A stretch of DNA of 24,000 nucleotides, taken from Chroococcidiopsis sp. CCMEE 29. Its GTDB lineage: Bacteria > Cyanobacteriota > Cyanobacteriia > Cyanobacteriales > Chroococcidiopsidaceae. This document shows positions 23,698 to 24,000 of this stretch, one piece after another. Made by a program: the position numbers and the translations under genes. Location of the stretch: the NCBI RefSeq assembly GCF_023558375.1, contig NZ_CP083762.1, positions 64,273-88,272 of the forward strand, in the 5' to 3' direction. The notes beneath the pieces were generated by a model. It saw only the letters and a program-made list of their open reading frames with translations. It searched no databases and was not told the origin of the DNA. Each line of letters opens with the position of its first letter. The stretch's first letter is position 1.

Positions 23698-24000
23698 TAG
23701 CGACCTGTAATTATAAATGCTCAAACCTGCAAACAAGTCATTTTCAAACCAGCGTTTTCTTGACTTTCCTATTGGTAAGAGTTTCTGAGAGGATGTTTGG
23801 AAAGTATAAGCTGCTACGCTAACCGCCTGACCATCAGCCGAACCATGGCAGCATAAATAAAAGCTTCTGAGCTGGTAGGTAAGACTTCATAGTCAATGGT
23901 TAATCGCCTGTAACGCACAAGCCATGCCAGAGTGCGCTCAACTATCCACCGCCAAGGCAACACTTGAAAGCCTTTGTTCTGCTTGCGCTTGACCACTTCC
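23698..24000 (-). mobile_element. IS5-family insertion sequence, 3' end (continues beyond the window)
   Basis: The terminal 91 nt are identical (one change) to the MITE end at 17419-17509. It contains the transposase C-terminus. Confidence 0.7.
23814..24000 (-). CDS. IS5-family (IS427/IS1031-like) DDE transposase, C-terminal part, 5'-partial at window edge
   Basis: [48 protein letters not shown] is the conserved C-terminal block of this family. The frame is open to nt 24000. Confidence 0.75.
   Translation of the reverse strand, partial: EVVKRKQNKGFQVLPWRWIVERTLAWLVRYRRLTIDYEVLPTSSEAFIYAAMVRLMVRRLA

Overview
This looks like a cyanobacterial accessory region. The HIP1 octamer GCGATCGC recurs about 10 times between 9.7 and 14.1 kb. 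Roughly half of the 24 kb is mobile DNA in nested arrangements.

Left to right:
(1) The 3' end of a J-domain gene, translationally coupled to a VWA-domain gene.
(2) An integron-like array of four small cassettes (AhpD/CMD-like, GFA, GNAT and a GC-rich alpha/beta hydrolase). Each ORF is followed within 0-17 nt by an imperfect palindrome with TAAC...GTTA outer boxes. There is no integrase in the window, and the cassettes diverge from a central palindrome.
(3) A 2570-bp transporter-IS with perfect 19-bp inverted repeats and a 5-bp duplication. It carries ArsR/SmtB, a short CDF metal exporter and a DDE transposase.
(4) An IS110-family element with a long 3' non-coding tail (candidate bridge/seek RNA). 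It abuts a truncated IS1, which in turn truncated a VOC gene.
(5) An apparently native ECF42-type sigma factor, divergent from a six-gene operon (DGPF/YciI, PhnB-like, DUF899, DUF1579). The operon sits behind three tandem copies of a palindromic GTCGA-N16-TCGAC promoter-like motif.
(6) Two sequence-identical 2486-nt group II introns in inverted orientation. Each is inserted exactly at the outer end of the inverted repeat of a 289-bp MITE, and that MITE is itself split by an ISL3.
(7) A small membrane-protein ORF, a nucleoside hydrolase, and the end of the parental IS5-family element, which carries an empty copy of the intron target.

No rRNA, tRNA or CRISPR was seen. All family calls rest on motifs read by eye, not on database searches.
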